Assembly: GCA_910577605.1 (NCBI GenBank)
Contig: CAJTON010000007.1
Span: 2,244 to 66,243 of the forward strand
DNA: 64,000 nt
Reading direction: 5' to 3'
Source of the DNA: an uncultured Butyrivibrio sp.
GTDB lineage: Bacteria > Bacillota > Clostridia > Lachnospirales > Lachnospiraceae
Below, piece by piece: positions 60,921 to 64,000 of the stretch (within the stretch, counting starts at the first letter, position 1; every line of letters starts with the position of its first letter). The notes below the pieces were generated by a model. It saw nothing but the letters and a program-made list of their open reading frames with translations. It was not told where the DNA came from and made no database searches. Made by a program: the position numbers and the translations under genes.

Positions 60921-62888
60921 ATGAAGATCACATTAAAGGACGGATCAGTCAAGGAATACGACGGCTCAAGATCCGTATATGAGATAGCTCTTGACATCAG
61001 CGAGGGTCTTGCGAGAAACGCCTGTGCGGGAGAGATTGACGGCAAAGTCGTCGATCTCAGGACCGTTGTGGACGCGGATTGCGCGCTCAATATCCTGACC
61101 TTTAACGACGACGCGGGCAGGAGGGCGTACAGGCATACGGCGTCACATGTTCTTGCGGAGGCTGTGAAGCGTCTTTATCCCGACGCGAAGCTGACGATAG
61201 GACCTTCGATCGAGGACGGCTTCTATTACGATTTCGACTGCCAGTCCTTTGACAGGGCTGCGCTTGACTCCATCGAAGCGGAGATGAAGAAGATAATCAA
61301 GGAGGGCCGCAAGCTTGAAAAATTCGAGCTTCCGAGAGCCGAAGCCATAAGCTTTATGGAAAAGCGCGGGGAGCCTTATAAAGTGGAGCTTATAAACGAC
61401 CTGCCAAAGGACGCGGTAATTTCGTTTTACAGACAGGGCGAGGGGGACGACGCGTTTGTCGATCTCTGCGCCGGACCGCACCTTATGGACGCCAAGCAGA
61501 TCAAGGCGATTAAGCTTACGTCTTCGTCGGGCGCTTACTGGAGAGGCAGCGAGAAAAACAAGATGCTCACAAGAATTTACGGCACCGCCTTCACGAAGAA
61601 GGAGGAGCTTAACGCGTATCTTGAGCATCTTGAGGACATAAAGAAGCGCGACCACAATAAGCTTGGACGCGAGATGGAGCTTTTTACAACGGTTGACGTT
61701 ATCGGTCAGGGACTTCCGCTTATTATGCCCAAGGGCGAGCGTATAATCAGGACGATGCAGCGCTGGATAGAAGACGAAGAGGAGCGCCGCGGCTATATCA
61801 GGACAAAGACTCCGCTTATGGCAAAGAGCGACCTCTACAAAATATCGGGACATTGGGACCATTACAAGGAGGGTATGTTCGTTCTCGGAGACGAGGAGAA
61901 GGACAAAGAGGTTTTCGCTCTCCGTCCCATGACCTGCCCCTTCCAGTATTATGTGTATAAGGCAAGCCAGAAGAGCTACCGCGATCTGCCGCTTCGTTAC
62001 GGCGAGACCTCCACGCTTTTCCGCAACGAGGATTCCGGCGAGATGCACGGGCTTACGCGCGTCCGTCAGTTTACTATCTCGGAGGGGCATCTTATCGTCC
62101 GTCCCGACCAGATGGTAAAGGAGTTCAAGGACTGCATAGCGCTTGCGCAGTACTGCCTTCAGACTCTTGGTCTTGAGGAGGATGTGACATATCATCTTTC
62201 CAAATGGGACCCCGAGGATAAGGAAAAGTACATCGGAGAGCCAAAGGTGTGGGAGCAGACGGAGCAGGATATAAGGAATATCCTTACCGAGCTTGACATT
62301 CCTTTTACCGAGGATGTGGGCGAGGCGGCGTTCTACGGGCCTAAGGTCGATATAAACGCGAGGAATGTTTACGGCAAAGAGGACACTATGATAACGATCC
62401 AGTGGGATGCCCTTCTTGCAGAACAGTTCGATATGTATTACATTGACGAAAACGGCGACAAGAAGCGCCCGTATATAATCCACCGCACAAGCATGGGCTG
62501 CTATGAGAGGACTTTAGCGTGGCTCATCGAAAAATACGCGGGACAGTTCCCTACATGGCTCTGCCCGGAGCAGGCGCGCGTACTGCCGATTTCCGACAAG
62601 TACGCCGATTACGCGGAGAAGGTCAAGGAGGAACTCAGGGCAAACGGCGTTTATGCCGAAACGGACCAGCGCTCCGAGAAGATCGGCTATAAGATAAGGG
62701 AGGCAAGGCTCGCAAGAGTGCCTTATATCCTTGTGGTCGGAGAAAAAGAGCAGGAGAGCGATCAGGTGGCGGTAAGAAGCAGATTCCTCGGAGACGAGGG
62801 ACCCAAGCCTCTTTCCCAGTTCATAAGCGAGATATGCGAGGAGATAAGAACCAAGCGTATCCGCAAGATCGAAGTACAGGAAAATTAG
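60921..62888 (+). CDS. thrS: Threonine--tRNA ligase
   Basis: TGS, HTASH, DLCAGPH, RDHNKLG, LRPMTCP, GLTRVRQF, AAFYGPK. Confidence 0.97.
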   Translation: MKITLKDGSVKEYDGSRSVYEIALDISEGLARNACAGEIDGKVVDLRTVVDADCALNILTFNDDAGRRAYRHTASHVLAEAVKRLYPDAKLTIGPSIEDGFYYDFDCQSFDRAALDSIEAEMKKIIKEGRKLEKFELPRAEAISFMEKRGEPYKVELINDLPKDAVISFYRQGEGDDAFVDLCAGPHLMDAKQIKAIKLTSSSGAYWRGSEKNKMLTRIYGTAFTKKEELNAYLEHLEDIKKRDHNKLGREMELFTTVDVIGQGLPLIMPKGERIIRTMQRWIEDEEERRGYIRTKTPLMAKSDLYKISGHWDHYKEGMFVLGDEEKDKEVFALRPMTCPFQYYVYKASQKSYRDLPLRYGETSTLFRNEDSGEMHGLTRVRQFTISEGHLIVRPDQMVKEFKDCIALAQYCLQTLGLEEDVTYHLSKWDPEDKEKYIGEPKVWEQTEQDIRNILTELDIPFTEDVGEAAFYGPKVDINARNVYGKEDTMITIQWDALLAEQFDMYYIDENGDKKRPYIIHRTSMGCYERTLAWLIEKYAGQFPTWLCPEQARVLPISDKYADYAEKVKEELRANGVYAETDQRSEKIGYKIREARLARVPYILVVGEKEQESDQVAVRSRFLGDEGPKPLSQFISEICEEIRTKRIRKIEVQEN

Positions 62889-62920
62889 CCTTGATAAGGG
62901 ATGAATTTAAAATATGGGAT

Positions 62921-62956
62921 AAAACCGCCGCAGTTATCAGGGCTGCGGCGGTTTTT
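62921..62956 (+). terminator. Intrinsic terminator after thrS
   Basis: AAAACCGCCGCAG/CTGCGGCGGTTTTT. Confidence 0.85.
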
Positions 62957-62967
62957 CGTATGAAGCT

Positions 62968-63813
62968 ATGGACTTTTATAAAATATACAATCCAATAACC
63001 GCCGATCCCTTCAGGAAAAGCGGCGAATACGCGGAATTTGCGCCGTGCGCGGCTCTGCGCCCGTATATACGCTGTTTTTGGGGGAGCGTAACTCCGTATT
63101 GCAATGATGGTCTGCCGACCGGAGGTTCGTTTGGTATCGTCACGCCCGATACCTGTATGGACGTGATTTTTGACATAAATCATACGGAAGGAAATTCCTC
63201 CGCATTGTTCTGCGGTATCGACGACAGAAGCTTTACGTTTGAAAACCAACCGGGCGCGGGCGGAACGCTCTCAACGTTCGGTATACGTTTTTACGCGTGG
63301 AGCGCGGCGCTTTTTGCGGAGGATTCGATGTCCGGCGCGCGCAACGCAAGAGTTGACGCGGAGGCGTATTTTTGCGGTCTGAAAAAATACTTAGAACCGC
63401 GTCTTTACGAAATCACGCGTATTTCGGACCGTATCGCGCTTGCCGAGAAATATTTTATGGGACGTTTGGGCTTCGCGAGGGAAAACGCTGTTCTGGAACA
63501 GGCAATGGGCTGTATTCTGCGGCACAGGGGCAGCATAAGGATAAAAGAGCTTTCATATGATACGGGCGTGTGTGAGCGCAGGCTTCAAAGGATATTTGAT
63601 GAATATATCGGAATATCTCCCAAGAAAACGGCGGAGCTTGTGCGCTACCAGTATCTCTGGAACGAGCTTGTCTATGGCAGAAATCCTGAAATTCAGGATC
63701 TTGTGTACCGTTTCGGATATACGGACCAGTCCCATCTGCTGCGGGATTTCAAACGTTTCCACGCGATGACGCCGGCGCAGGCAAGACGGCGGGCATTTGA
63801 CGGTATAGGCTAG
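62968..63813 (+). CDS. AraC-family regulator (DUF6597-like N-terminus)
   Basis: PDTCMD, FGIRF, RRLQRIF..IGISPK, GYTDQSHLLRDFKRF. Confidence 0.88.
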   Translation: MDFYKIYNPITADPFRKSGEYAEFAPCAALRPYIRCFWGSVTPYCNDGLPTGGSFGIVTPDTCMDVIFDINHTEGNSSALFCGIDDRSFTFENQPGAGGTLSTFGIRFYAWSAALFAEDSMSGARNARVDAEAYFCGLKKYLEPRLYEITRISDRIALAEKYFMGRLGFARENAVLEQAMGCILRHRGSIRIKELSYDTGVCERRLQRIFDEYIGISPKKTAELVRYQYLWNELVYGRNPEIQDLVYRFGYTDQSHLLRDFKRFHAMTPAQARRRAFDGIG

Positions 63814-63861
63814 GAACGTCTTTTTGTGAACCATATAATACGACTCTGCGAAATTTCCCTC

Positions 63862-63920
63862 TTGACAAATACCCATACGGGGTATATTCTTTAGATATTA
63901 AAAATACCCTATGGAGGTAT
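63862..63920 (+). promoter_or_regulatory. Sigma-A promoter with two CsoR-type operators
   Basis: TTGACA-17bp-TATTCT; ATACCCATACGGGGTAT (63869-63885) and ATACCCTATGGAGGTAT (63904-63920). Confidence 0.75.
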
Positions 63921-63926
63921 GCTTTT

Positions 63927-64000
63927 ATGGATTCCGAAAAAGATAATACTGAATGTTGCTGTTTTTCATCAAAGACAAAGGAACGCACTGATAAAGAGTA
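63927..64000 (+). CDS. csoR: 5' end of CsoR-like metal-sensing repressor (partial)
   Basis: MDSEKDNTECCCFSSKTKERTDKE Cys-rich N-terminus; CsoR-type operators upstream. Confidence 0.65.
   Translation, partial: MDSEKDNTECCCFSSKTKERTDKE

Noticed and set aside
61143..62483. 446-aa minus-strand ORF
   Set aside because: Antisense shadow of thrS; no recognisable motifs
1..64000. CRISPR arrays, tRNA/rRNA genes, IS elements, reverse transcriptase or DGR
   Set aside because: None seen by eye; a short tRNA or degenerate repeat could be missed without tRNAscan or a self-alignment

Overview
Mostly housekeeping chromosomal segment of a spore-forming, probably flagellated Clostridia (Lachnospiraceae-like gene order; inference). 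Core genes run apt(partial)-relA-hemZ-HD-GYP-hisS-aspS, glyA, rlmI-like, pheA-DUF815-ppx-ppk1, spoVAF-like, pepF, HPr, queH, ybaK, prfC, T-box-thrS and csoR(partial). Accessory blocks are: (1) a CBM2-GH5 cellulase; (2) a heterodimeric ABC exporter preceded by an unannotated 26-aa leader peptide with a terminator/antiterminator; (3) a GT2-rfbF-rfbG-rfbH-aminotransferase-TPP enzyme-epimerase cluster (branched dideoxysugar, possibly flagellin glycosylation); (4) an sdpR-sdpI-acyltransferase-HAD-NTP transferase-PLP fusion unit; (5) an AT-rich islet encoding a signal-less peptidoglycan-binding/phage-tail-lysozyme protein next to a lipoprotein (candidate toxin-immunity pair); (6) a TetR-ABC module. 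RelA is fused in frame to an MBL-fold hydrolase. However, the window shows several apparent short deletions, so the fusion and two frameshifts may be assembly artefacts. No rRNA, tRNA, CRISPR array, transposase or integrase was seen. All family assignments are by motif recognition, not database search.
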